Virus record (IMG/VR): IMGVR_UViG_3300032116_015770
Length of the DNA: 64,000 bases
DNA from: a virus
Direction: 5' to 3' (one strand)
Shown here: positions 18,536 through 27,307 of the stretch, piece after piece
How the letters are laid out: each line of letters begins with the position of its first letter
Position numbering within the stretch: the stretch's first letter is position 1
Program-made: the position numbers and the translations under genes
The notes under the pieces: model-generated
The model's input: only the letters and a program-made list of their open reading frames with translations
The model's database searches: none
What the model was told of the DNA's origin: nothing

Positions 18536-19326
18536 TTTCGTTCCTTTAAAATTAAGTATTCGGGTTCGCAGTCGACCCACTTTAAGTTGTTGTAGTGCTG
18601 GTATGGCCAAGTTCCTTTTGGGAGTAGACAAATACCTAGTTCAGGATTATTTTCAATTCTAACCTGAACTACTGCCCACACAAGCCAGCTTAAGTACATT
18701 GTAAGAACGAAAGCTATGCCGTATTTGTACGCGTTACATTTTATATGCTCTAATCTTTTCTTTCTTTTCGCTGCAGCAATTTTATCTGCAGCTCTTTTTT
18801 TAGTCCATGCAACTGCCTGTTCCTTTTTCATCTTCTCCATCATTTTCTCTACACGGGTGTATAGATCACCTAATTCTGTAGGGCAGTTGTAAACCATAAG
18901 CTCACGTAACTCTGCTTGCATAGCCGTAAGCCTACTTTGCATTAAAACACGTTGTAAAGCTCTTTTTCCTAGACTTGTTTCTCCTGTATAAACTTCTTGA
19001 GCATGTTTTTCTTCTTCTTCAAATATAGCGGTGCACTTAGCATAATTTTCAAAGTAAACACCTAACTCTTCTCCAATGGTAGTGTAAATGTCGTTAGGTT
19101 GTTTTTTACTTAATTCTATTATTCGATTTTTTTCTTCTACGTATTGGTTCTTCTCAGCTATAGTAGGGGGTTTATCTTTATGACGAGAGTTAAACTGTGA
19201 CTCTAAATCGTCTAGTACCCCTTTTACATCCCCGGCTACCCCGGAGAGTTCTTTATATAATTCACATCCTTTTTTTACTGCTTGCACCGCACCATTTGCT
19301 AAGGCAAAAAGTGTTAGCGGATCCAT
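18532..19326 (-). CDS. coiled-coil protein with C-terminal TM helix
   Basis: Long ORF; TM segment YGIAFVLTMYLSWLVWAVV. Confidence 0.7.
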   Translation of the reverse strand: MDPLTLFALANGAVQAVKKGCELYKELSGVAGDVKGVLDDLESQFNSRHKDKPPTIAEKNQYVEEKNRIIELSKKQPNDIYTTIGEELGVYFENYAKCTAIFEEEEKHAQEVYTGETSLGKRALQRVLMQSRLTAMQAELRELMVYNCPTELGDLYTRVEKMMEKMKKEQAVAWTKKRAADKIAAAKRKKRLEHIKCNAYKYGIAFVLTMYLSWLVWAVVQVRIENNPELGICLLPKGTWPYQHYNNLKWVDCEPEYLILKERK

Positions 19327-19339
19327 TTACCCTTCTCTA

Positions 19340-19368
19340 TTGTTTAGTACATAAATATCCTATATAAT
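19340..19368 (+). promoter_or_regulatory. sigma70-type promoter immediately before gp43 (leaderless geometry)
   Basis: TTGTTT-17 nt-TATAAT, ATG 7 nt downstream, no SD. Confidence 0.6.
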
Positions 19369-19375
19369 CTAAAAT

Positions 19376-21886
19376 ATGCTATACTATACCAATATTGTTA
19401 CTCGCGGCAATTTCGTTTACTTTCGTGGTGTTCACGACGGTAAACGCATAAATGAAAAAATACCTTTCAAGCCCTCACTCTTCGTTCGTTCAGGTAAAGA
19501 GACAAAATATAAATCTCTTACAGGTGAGAATCTCGAAAGAATAAGATTCGACAGTCTCAACGAAGCTAGAGATTTCATTAAGAATTATAAGGAAGTTAGT
19601 AACTTTCCAATCTATGGAAATACTAATTTCGTATATCAATTCATTAGCAAACTTTTTCCAGGTATTATAAAGTTTGATACGTCACATATGAAAATTGTGA
19701 CCATTGATATAGAAACATCTACTGAGTATGGCTTTCCTGACCCTCGAACTGCTCAAGAAGAGATCTTGCTGATTACCGTACAAGATTTTAATACCAAGAG
19801 ATCTTTGTCTTTTGGTTGTAAACCCTACTTGTGCAAAACCGAAGATTCAGAATATATTCAATGTAATGATGAATTCGATTTATTACGTAAGTTTATTGAC
19901 CATCTTAAAAAGGATTATCCAGATATTATAACTGGATGGAACGTTCAACTATTCGATATTGCATATTTATCTTCCCGAATTGAACGAGTATTAGGTAAGG
20001 ATTCACTTAGCGAATGCTCACCCTGGGGGATGGTCCAGTTTAGAGAAGTCCCATTCTCCAGAGGTAGGACAGTGATGGCTTGCGACTGGCATGGTATCTC
20101 AGTGCTGGATTACATGGATCTATATAAGAAATTCTCATATAAGGTTCAAGAGTCTTATTCTCTAGATTATATCTCTAAAGAAGAGTTAGGTAAGCAGAAG
20201 ATCAAACATAACTATGGATCATTCAAAGAATTCTATACAAAAGATTGGGAATTATTCGTAGACTATAATATTACAGACGTAAGACTAGTTGATGAACTAG
20301 AAGATAAGATGAAGCTTATTAATCTTATCTTGACTATGGCGTATGATGCTAAGTGTAACTTTTTAGATATCTTCTCTTCAGTTCGCACCTGGGACTGTAT
20401 ACTGTATAATGCGTTGTTAAAGCGAGACATCATAGTACATAATCCACCAGGAGTGGACCCGGAAAGTGATAGACAGATTATGGGTGCGTACGTTAAAGAA
20501 CCTGTACCTGGTCAGTATGATTGGGTAGTATCTTTTGACGCTACTTCGCTGTATCCTTCCATAATTATGTCCTGGAATATGTCTCCTGAGACATTAATTA
20601 ACGGTCAAAAGTACTTAGCAGATGACGAAAGATCGATACAAAAATTACTCGATAGAGAGTTCATAACTGATAATTTAAAAGAGAAAAACTATGCAATGAC
20701 TGCTAACGGTCAATGTTTTAGTAGAGAAAAGAAAGGTATCTTTCCTGAGCTGATTGAATTTTATTTTGCTGAACGGCAGAAAGCTAAGAAGCTCATGTTA
20801 GAGATGCAGACGTTGTACGAAGAAACAAAAGATGAAAAATATCTAAAAGAGGTATCTAGTTTAAATTCTAAACAGATGGCAGCGAAGATTTTGATGAACT
20901 CGCTTTACGGTGCCATGGGTAACATTTACTTTAGATACTATGATATACGAGTGGCTGAAGGTATTACCATGACCGGTCAATTTATTATTAGATCGGTCGC
21001 CAACAAACTTAACGAATTTATTAATAAGGAGTGTAAAACAAATGGAATTGATTATTCTTTTTATTCTGATACTGATTCTACCTATTTTACCTTGGGTAAT
21101 TATGTCAAAAATGTCGGCAAAGATGGACCAACGACCGGACTTGTGGAACAAATTGACCACTATTGCAGTACCAGAATCGAGCCTACTATCAACGCAACCT
21201 GCGACGAAGTCTCAAACTACCTCAACGCCTACCAAAAGAAAATCAAGTTCAAAAGAGAAGTAATCGCTGATCGGGGTGTTTGGATTGCTAAAAAACGCTA
21301 TGCATTAAACGTACACAATGCAGAGGGTGTTGTTTACGACCCACCTAAACTCAAAGTGTTGGGTATGGAGATTGTTCGGTCATCGACACCCGCTCCTGTA
21401 CGTAAAGCTCTTAAAGAAGCGGTAAGTATTGTTCTAACTAAAGATGAAGAAACGCTAAGAGCTTTTGTAAATAAACTGGAAAGTGAGTGGAGAAAGTTAG
21501 AACCAGAGGAGATATCTTTTCCACGAAGTGTTAATGGGTTGAAAGAGTATAGCGATAAGACTAGTATCTTCCGAAAAGGTACTCCGATTCATGTGAGGGG
21601 TGCCTTGATATATAATCATTTAATACGTAGTAGAGAACTTGAAAAACAATATCAGTTTATTCAAGAAGGTGACAAAATTAAGTTCGTTTATTTGAAGGAG
21701 CCGAATCCTTACAGTACCCATGTAATTACTTTCAATTCGGTTATTCCAAAAGAACTTAGACTTCGTGAATATGTAGATTATGAAACTATGTTTGAAAAGT
21801 CGTTTCTAGAACCGCTTAATTCATTATTAAAATGTGTTGGGTGGAATATAAAAGAACAAGCCACATTAGAAGGATTATTTGTATGA
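19376..21886 (+). CDS. gp43: family B DNA polymerase (T4 gp43)
   Basis: Exo DIET, GWNVQLFD; pol SFDATSLYPS, KILMNSLYG, YSDTDS, KKRY. Confidence 0.98.
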   Translation: MLYYTNIVTRGNFVYFRGVHDGKRINEKIPFKPSLFVRSGKETKYKSLTGENLERIRFDSLNEARDFIKNYKEVSNFPIYGNTNFVYQFISKLFPGIIKFDTSHMKIVTIDIETSTEYGFPDPRTAQEEILLITVQDFNTKRSLSFGCKPYLCKTEDSEYIQCNDEFDLLRKFIDHLKKDYPDIITGWNVQLFDIAYLSSRIERVLGKDSLSECSPWGMVQFREVPFSRGRTVMACDWHGISVLDYMDLYKKFSYKVQESYSLDYISKEELGKQKIKHNYGSFKEFYTKDWELFVDYNITDVRLVDELEDKMKLINLILTMAYDAKCNFLDIFSSVRTWDCILYNALLKRDIIVHNPPGVDPESDRQIMGAYVKEPVPGQYDWVVSFDATSLYPSIIMSWNMSPETLINGQKYLADDERSIQKLLDREFITDNLKEKNYAMTANGQCFSREKKGIFPELIEFYFAERQKAKKLMLEMQTLYEETKDEKYLKEVSSLNSKQMAAKILMNSLYGAMGNIYFRYYDIRVAEGITMTGQFIIRSVANKLNEFINKECKTNGIDYSFYSDTDSTYFTLGNYVKNVGKDGPTTGLVEQIDHYCSTRIEPTINATCDEVSNYLNAYQKKIKFKREVIADRGVWIAKKRYALNVHNAEGVVYDPPKLKVLGMEIVRSSTPAPVRKALKEAVSIVLTKDEETLRAFVNKLESEWRKLEPEEISFPRSVNGLKEYSDKTSIFRKGTPIHVRGALIYNHLIRSRELEKQYQFIQEGDKIKFVYLKEPNPYSTHVITFNSVIPKELRLREYVDYETMFEKSFLEPLNSLLKCVGWNIKEQATLEGLFV

Positions 21887-22320
21887 AAAAATTATTACTT
21901 TTACTAGCATTCTTACCCCTCCTTACATTTGCTCAAGGTAAACAGAAACCAGGCGTACTTTATGATGTAACCATTACACGCGTTAAAGATGGAGACACCG
22001 TAGCGTTTCAGGCTAACTGGCTTCCTGACCCACTACCTAAAGAACTCGCAGTGAGAGTGTTCGGGGTTGATACTCCAGAAAAAGGTCATCGCGCACAATG
22101 CCCCGCTGAAGACGCGAAAGGTAAGGCAGCGTCTGAGTTTACTAAAAACGCTGTTGCTAAGTCGTTAAAGCGTCAAGTGCTATTAATGGACTGGGATAAG
22201 TTTGGTGGTAGAGTGTTAGGTGATGTAATTTTAGACGGGCAAAGCCTTCGTCAAATGCTTATTCAAAATGGTTATGCAAGAGAGTATTACGGTGAAGCGA
22301 AACAAAGCTGGTGCAATTGA
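21883..22320 (+). CDS. secreted thermonuclease (SNase-like)
   Basis: Signal peptide; RVKDGDT, VRVFGVDTPE, DKFGGRVLG. Confidence 0.88.
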   Translation: MKKLLLLLAFLPLLTFAQGKQKPGVLYDVTITRVKDGDTVAFQANWLPDPLPKELAVRVFGVDTPEKGHRAQCPAEDAKGKAASEFTKNAVAKSLKRQVLLMDWDKFGGRVLGDVILDGQSLRQMLIQNGYAREYYGEAKQSWCN

Positions 22321-22345
22321 TATACAGAACTTTATACTCTATAAT
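22317..22345 (+). promoter_or_regulatory. sigma70-type promoter for uvsX
   Basis: TTGATA-17 nt-TATAAT. Confidence 0.7.
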
Positions 22346-22377
22346 ACAAGATAATACAAAATACATACGAGGTTATT

Positions 22378-23442
22378 ATGAGTCTTTTGGACAAGTTGAA
22401 AAAAAATACTACTATTAAAGAGACAGATATACTATCTGATTCCAAGTTTTTTAATTCTAAGGACCTGATACAAACGTCAGTTCCGATGATCAATGTTGCA
22501 CTTTCGGGCCGTCTTGACGGCGGCCTTACTCCTGGGTTAACAGTGTTTGCTGGACCCTCTAAGCATTTTAAAACCGCCTTTGCATTACTACTAGCAAAGT
22601 CATACCTGGAAAAATACGATGATGCAGCTATTCTTTTTTATGATAGCGAGTTTGGGTCTCCTCAGTCTTACTTTGATAGCTTTGGCATTGATACGAAGAG
22701 AGTGGTCCATACTCCTATCACCGATATTGAGCAACTTAAGCACGACTCAATGGCTCAACTTAGCAATATTGAGCGCGGGGATCACGTTATCATCATCGTT
22801 GATTCTGTTGGTAATTTAGCATCTAGAAAAGAAGTAGAAGATGCTATTGACGGTAAGTCAGTAGCTGATATGTCAAGGGCTAAGCAACTCAAGTCATTAT
22901 TCAGAATGGTAACACCACATTTGACCATGAAGGATATTCCTATGGTAGTGGTTAATCATACCTATAAAGAGATTGGTTTATATCCTAGAGATATTGTTTC
23001 TGGTGGTACGGGTGTTTACTACTCCGCTGATAATATTTACATTATCGGTCGTCAGCAGGATAAAGATGGTTCTGAATTGATCGGTTATAGCTTTATTATT
23101 AACGTTGAGAAATCACGTTATGTAAAAGAGAAATCTAAAATTGCTATTGATGTAAGTTTTGAAGGTGGTATTAGTAGATGGTCTGGTCTCCTGGATGTAG
23201 CTTTAGAGGGTGGGTTTGTAACTAAACCATCCAACGGTTGGTATCAACGTAAAGGAGATGAAGCAAAGTATAGACTGAAAGATACAATGACTAAGGACTT
23301 CTGGTTACCTATTTTAAAGAAGCAAGAGTTTTCCGACTTTGTATCTAGTAAGTACCAAATCTCTTCATCGGATTTGATAGGCAGTGATCTATCTGAGGAA
23401 TGGGAAGATATTAACGCAGAGTATGATAAGGTAGAGACATAA
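22378..23442 (+). CDS. uvsX: RecA-like recombinase UvsX
   Basis: AGPSKHFKT, FYDSEFG, DSVGNLAS, VSGGTG. Confidence 0.96.
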   Translation: MSLLDKLKKNTTIKETDILSDSKFFNSKDLIQTSVPMINVALSGRLDGGLTPGLTVFAGPSKHFKTAFALLLAKSYLEKYDDAAILFYDSEFGSPQSYFDSFGIDTKRVVHTPITDIEQLKHDSMAQLSNIERGDHVIIIVDSVGNLASRKEVEDAIDGKSVADMSRAKQLKSLFRMVTPHLTMKDIPMVVVNHTYKEIGLYPRDIVSGGTGVYYSADNIYIIGRQQDKDGSELIGYSFIINVEKSRYVKEKSKIAIDVSFEGGISRWSGLLDVALEGGFVTKPSNGWYQRKGDEAKYRLKDTMTKDFWLPILKKQEFSDFVSSKYQISSSDLIGSDLSEEWEDINAEYDKVET

Positions 23443-23804
23443 TGGGTAGAAGAATTACACATGAGGTTAATTTCTTCGAGGACGGGGACATTACTCCTAA
23501 TAAGGGGTATAGAAACAAGTTATTTAAACCCTGGTTTCAAGATGAGAGCTGGGGTGTAGAAATTATTGACGGTTACTACAAAGACACTATCGTACAGTTT
23601 AAAGAGATTGAATTTGTAGAGAGTGAAGAAGGTAATATTAGTCTAGATTACCATCTTATTCATAGACCTGCTGTTATCACCTCAGAAGAAATACAAAGTG
23701 AGGAGTTTAAAGGTTTGTTATCTATAATTATAGAAGATGTTCTTAGAGAAGCCCTGGAAGCAAATGAGACTAGAGACAACCATTCTGAAAAATCTGGTTC
23801 ATAA
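23442..23804 (+). CDS. hypothetical protein (T4 gp40 position)
   Basis: Coupled ORF between uvsX and gp41. Confidence 0.6.
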   Translation: MGRRITHEVNFFEDGDITPNKGYRNKLFKPWFQDESWGVEIIDGYYKDTIVQFKEIEFVESEEGNISLDYHLIHRPAVITSEEIQSEEFKGLLSIIIEDVLREALEANETRDNHSEKSGS

Positions 23805-25161
23805 CGAACCTTATGCACGCAAAGTATTACCGTTCTTAGTTAAAGAATATTTTACAGATCTTACTGATCGATCTGTTTTTGATTTAATCTCTCAATTTAT
23901 ACAGAAGTATAATAAGACTCCTACTGTTGAAATCCTGGAGTTATCCTTACAAAATACTAATGTTAAAGAGCAAGCCTATTCAGATGCAAGTAACTTAATT
24001 AAAGAACTTCAAGATTACCAAGATATCGATACTAACTGGTTAGTATCTGAGACTGAGAAGTTTTGCAGAGACAAGGCTGTATACAATGCTATTTTAAAAT
24101 CTATTGGTGTATTGGAAGGTACCGATAAGACAACAAATAAAGATGGTATACCTTCATTACTACAAGAAGCATTAGGAGTATGTTTTGATTCTTCTGTGGG
24201 CCACGATTATTTTGAGGATGTATCTAACCGGTATGACTCTTATCATAATGTAGAGACACGAGTACCTTTTGATCTTGATCTTTTCAATAAGATTACAAAA
24301 GGTGGTTTGCCTAACAAGACACTTAATATTGCTTTAGCAGGTACGGGTGTCGGTAAATCTTTGTTTATGTGCCACGTAGCTGCAAGTACGTTGAGTCAAG
24401 GTAAGAATGTTCTATACATTACTATGGAAATGGCAGAAGAACGTATTGCCGAACGTATTGATGCAAATCTACTTAATATCGAGATGGATCAAATAAAAGA
24501 TCTACCTAAACAGATGTTTGAAAGTAGAGTAAAGAAGATTTCAGATAAGTCACACGGTAAGTTAATTATAAAAGAATACCCGACTTCTTCAGCACACTCA
24601 GGACACTTTAAATCTTTACTTAACGAGTTAGCTCTAAAGAGATCTTTTGTACCTGAGATTATATTTATTGACTACTTGAACATTTGTACATCGTCAAGAT
24701 TTAAACCAGGTGGAAGTGTAAATTCTTATACATATGTTAAAGCCATAGCAGAAGAGTTGCGTGGTCTTGCTGTAGAATTTAACTTACCTATCGTGTCAGC
24801 TACTCAGACGACGAGATCTGGTTTTTCGAATACTGATGTAGATCTGACAGATACATCCGAATCATTCGGACTACCTGCAACAGCAGACTTTATGTTTGCG
24901 CTTATAACTACAGAAGAACTAGAGCAACTTAATCAGATTATGGTAAAGCAGTTGAAGAATCGTTACAATGATCCTTCGTTCCATAAACGTTTTGTTATTG
25001 GTGTAGATCGTGCTAAGATGAAGTTATATGATCTTGAACAGACAGCTCAGAAACTAGCTGATTCAGGACCAGGTTTTGCTGTTGACGATGATGAGCCAGA
25101 GATTAATTTTGCTAAATTTCTAAAGGCGAAACCAAAAGACTTTTCTGGTATAAAGGTTTAA
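23764..25161 (+). CDS. gp41: replicative DnaB-like helicase (T4 gp41)
   Basis: AGTGVGKS, TMEMAEE, IDYLNI, SATQTTR, SESFGLP, KQLKNRY. Confidence 0.97.
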   Translation: MRLETTILKNLVHNEPYARKVLPFLVKEYFTDLTDRSVFDLISQFIQKYNKTPTVEILELSLQNTNVKEQAYSDASNLIKELQDYQDIDTNWLVSETEKFCRDKAVYNAILKSIGVLEGTDKTTNKDGIPSLLQEALGVCFDSSVGHDYFEDVSNRYDSYHNVETRVPFDLDLFNKITKGGLPNKTLNIALAGTGVGKSLFMCHVAASTLSQGKNVLYITMEMAEERIAERIDANLLNIEMDQIKDLPKQMFESRVKKISDKSHGKLIIKEYPTSSAHSGHFKSLLNELALKRSFVPEIIFIDYLNICTSSRFKPGGSVNSYTYVKAIAEELRGLAVEFNLPIVSATQTTRSGFSNTDVDLTDTSESFGLPATADFMFALITTEELEQLNQIMVKQLKNRYNDPSFHKRFVIGVDRAKMKLYDLEQTAQKLADSGPGFAVDDDEPEINFAKFLKAKPKDFSGIKV

Positions 25162-25172
25162 AAGGATGTATA

Positions 25173-25823
25173 ATGTTTTTAGGGTTCGCAATAGATGGTG
25201 CTCTTAGCAACATAAAGTACTCCCTGTTGGGTGTTAATACATTTCGTCGCATTACAGCGGTGTTAAATTGCGAATTTAAAAAACAAAATCTACCAATAAC
25301 CTTTAAATATGAAACGTTTAAAAACTACGATGTATTTGATTACAGTGTAGGAGGTATTTACGATTCAAATAACGACAGATGTTACATAGTACTTCACTTT
25401 TCAACGAATAAGAGATTCTATCTCGAGGAAAGAGAATGGGATAAATTTAAGTTTCATATTTCCCAAGCTTGCCAGCATGAATTAATTCATAAGTATCAAA
25501 ATCAATTCAGAGAAAATAATTTTGAATATGAACCTATTGACCTAAGATCGCTTCAACAAGGTAGCATTGACGACGAGCAGAATTACCTTTCATGTTTAGA
25601 TGAGATTGATGCTTATGCACATGATATCGCCATGGAAATAAAGTTTCATTACCCCTACTTCAATCCCTACTTTGTTTTATCCTCAATAAGTAAAAGACGT
25701 AAATTAGACTCATATAATTATTATCGTAATACTTTTAAACACGAAGATTGGTCATACATTCGTAAGTTACTTTTAAAGAAAACTTATAAATGGCTTCCAT
25801 ATGTAACTTACTCTAAGGACTAA
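25173..25823 (+). CDS. putative zincin-like metallopeptidase
   Basis: HELIH plus downstream EIDAYA. Confidence 0.6.
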   Translation: MFLGFAIDGALSNIKYSLLGVNTFRRITAVLNCEFKKQNLPITFKYETFKNYDVFDYSVGGIYDSNNDRCYIVLHFSTNKRFYLEEREWDKFKFHISQACQHELIHKYQNQFRENNFEYEPIDLRSLQQGSIDDEQNYLSCLDEIDAYAHDIAMEIKFHYPYFNPYFVLSSISKRRKLDSYNYYRNTFKHEDWSYIRKLLLKKTYKWLPYVTYSKD

Positions 25824-25973
25824 ATGGATTATTCTTGGCTTAACATTACAGAAATTTTGTTACTACTTCTAGCATGTTCACTATGTTACAAAGCGGGTAA
25901 ATTAAAAGGGGCAGTTGAACTTGCCAATGCGTTAATTGATGAAGGTAAAATTACTGTCGAAGATTTAAAGTAA
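25824..25973 (+). CDS. small membrane protein (49 aa, not in ORF track)
   Basis: MDYSWLNITEILLLLLACSLCYKAG...; AAGGA SD; abuts the previous stop. Confidence 0.55.
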   Translation: MDYSWLNITEILLLLLACSLCYKAGKLKGAVELANALIDEGKITVEDLK

Positions 25974-25976
25974 CTA

Positions 25977-26005
25977 TGGCATTTATCTCCTGTTTGGTCT
26001 ATAAT
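25977..26005 (+). promoter_or_regulatory. sigma70-type promoter
   Basis: TGGCAT-17 nt-TATAAT then AAGGAGG SD. Confidence 0.55.
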
Positions 26006-26024
26006 GAACATCTAAGGAGGAAAT

Positions 26025-26282
26025 ATGACACAGACAAACTCAAGACAACGTGTAAAAGTAGATACTATTGGTACTGAAGGTATGGAATCGCTTTTCGAAG
26101 CATATCGTAACGAAGATATCAATACGTTTCGTAATACCTGTATTGGTATTATTCAGAAGTCGGCAGGTGACCCTCTTAAGAAAGATACCTTTACCAGTAT
26201 CTTGCTAAAAGCTACATCTAAAGACTTTATGGTTACTAAGGTAACTAATTATCTTATGGCAGGGCAAGGTTTGGGTGTTTAA
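26025..26282 (+). CDS. hypothetical early protein
   Basis: Strong SD AAGGAGG. Confidence 0.7.
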   Translation: MTQTNSRQRVKVDTIGTEGMESLFEAYRNEDINTFRNTCIGIIQKSAGDPLKKDTFTSILLKATSKDFMVTKVTNYLMAGQGLGV

Positions 26283-26299
26283 TTTATAATGGAGGTAAT

Positions 26300-26626
26300 A
26301 TGAGCAAGTTCACAGTAGCAGGTGTTTCAAGATGTAAGGATCAAGTAAAGGTTCGCTTTTGCTCTGATAAAATCCTACGTATCAAAAATCTACAAAAACA
26401 GGGCGATACAGATATTCAACTAATCGACCTTCCTAACGAAATGACTAAAGAAGAAGCGTGTAAGTATCTTCTTACGTTAGACGAATTCAAAGCTTTTCAC
26501 TTCGATATCGGGTATGTAATGTCCCAAAAGAAGTTGACAGTAACCAAGAAAGCGCCTATAATTAAAATCTCAGAAGTTGAAGAAGATAAAGAGCTAGAGA
26601 GTATTAAAGAACTCGCAGCAGCTTAA
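26300..26626 (+). CDS. conserved phage hypothetical protein
   Basis: FTVAGVS..KVRF..LIDLPNEMTKEEA; GGAGG SD; ends LAAA. Confidence 0.7.
   Translation: MSKFTVAGVSRCKDQVKVRFCSDKILRIKNLQKQGDTDIQLIDLPNEMTKEEACKYLLTLDEFKAFHFDIGYVMSQKKLTVTKKAPIIKISEVEEDKELESIKELAAA
26534..26562 (+). promoter_or_regulatory. perfect-consensus sigma70 promoter inside upstream CDS
   Basis: TTGACA-17 nt-TATAAT. Confidence 0.8.
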
Positions 26627-26633
26627 TCTAACG

Positions 26634-26678
26634 GTAACGTAGGAATGACCGCCGCCTACGTTACTTTTCTTGTGGCGG
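26634..26678 (+). promoter_or_regulatory. H-type pseudoknot leader
   Basis: Stem GTAACGTAGG/CCTACGTTAC; loop CCGCCG pairs with TGGCGG 26673-78. Confidence 0.55.
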
Positions 26679-26695
26679 GGCTTTTAGGAGTGACT

Positions 26696-26944
26696 ATGTC
26701 ATTGCAAACTAAAGTGTTGAACGTTCTTCGTTCTGGTAAGCAGTTCACCGCAGGTCAGATCGCTGGCTTGTTCGGTTCTACCGAGAGCTCGGTAGCTGCT
26801 CGTGTTTCTGAGCTTCGTGCTCAGGGCTACTCCATCTATAGCAACACCGCTAAGAATGGTAAGACAGCTTACCGTCTTGGCAAGCCTTCACGGGCTATGG
26901 TTGCTGCAGCTTACGCTGTTGGTGGTAGCCAGATGTTCCAGTAA
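26696..26944 (+). CDS. winged HTH nucleic-acid-binding protein
   Basis: FTAGQIAGLFG..SVAARVSELRAQGYSIY; AGGAG SD; highly biased codons. Confidence 0.75.
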   Translation: MSLQTKVLNVLRSGKQFTAGQIAGLFGSTESSVAARVSELRAQGYSIYSNTAKNGKTAYRLGKPSRAMVAAAYAVGGSQMFQ

Positions 26945-26954
26945 TCTAACTGGT

Positions 26955-26980
26955 ACCCGGCGGGAAACCGCTGGGTTTTT
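26955..26980 (+). terminator. rho-independent terminator
   Basis: ACCCGGCGG-GAAA-CCGCTGGGT + T run. Confidence 0.85.
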
Positions 26981-26983
26981 ATT

Positions 26984-27247
26984 ATGCCTTTATACCTAGT
27001 AGAGACAATTAGTACCTTCCGTATCCGTTACGTTATTGATTGTAAAGAAGCAGAACATGCAGGTGATACAGTAGTATGTGAAGAAGCTCCTGAGTTTTCA
27101 CAGAAACATATTGGTGAAGATATTATCGGCATTCGTGAGATCACATATGATGAATTTAAACACATGAATGAAAACTTAGAACCTCATGAGAACGGCTCTC
27201 CATGGATGGGTGATAAGCTAATTCATATTGTTGACTACGACAGATAA
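26984..27247 (+). CDS. conserved phage hypothetical protein
   Basis: YLVETISTFRIRYV, EFSQKHIGE. Confidence 0.7.
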   Translation: MPLYLVETISTFRIRYVIDCKEAEHAGDTVVCEEAPEFSQKHIGEDIIGIREITYDEFKHMNENLEPHENGSPWMGDKLIHIVDYDR

Positions 27248-27265
27248 TGTAAGATTTTCAATTAC

Positions 27266-27290
27266 AAGCCCCTCGAAAGAGGGGTTTTTT
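27266..27290 (+). terminator. rho-independent terminator
   Basis: AAGCCCCTC-GAAA-GAGGGGTT + T run. Confidence 0.85.
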
Positions 27291-27294
27291 ATAG

Positions 27295-27302
27295 TATAAA
27301 TA
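27295..27302 (+). promoter_or_regulatory. T4-type late promoter
   Basis: TATAAATA right after a terminator, 5 nt before ATG 27308. Confidence 0.75.
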
Positions 27303-27307
27303 TTGTA

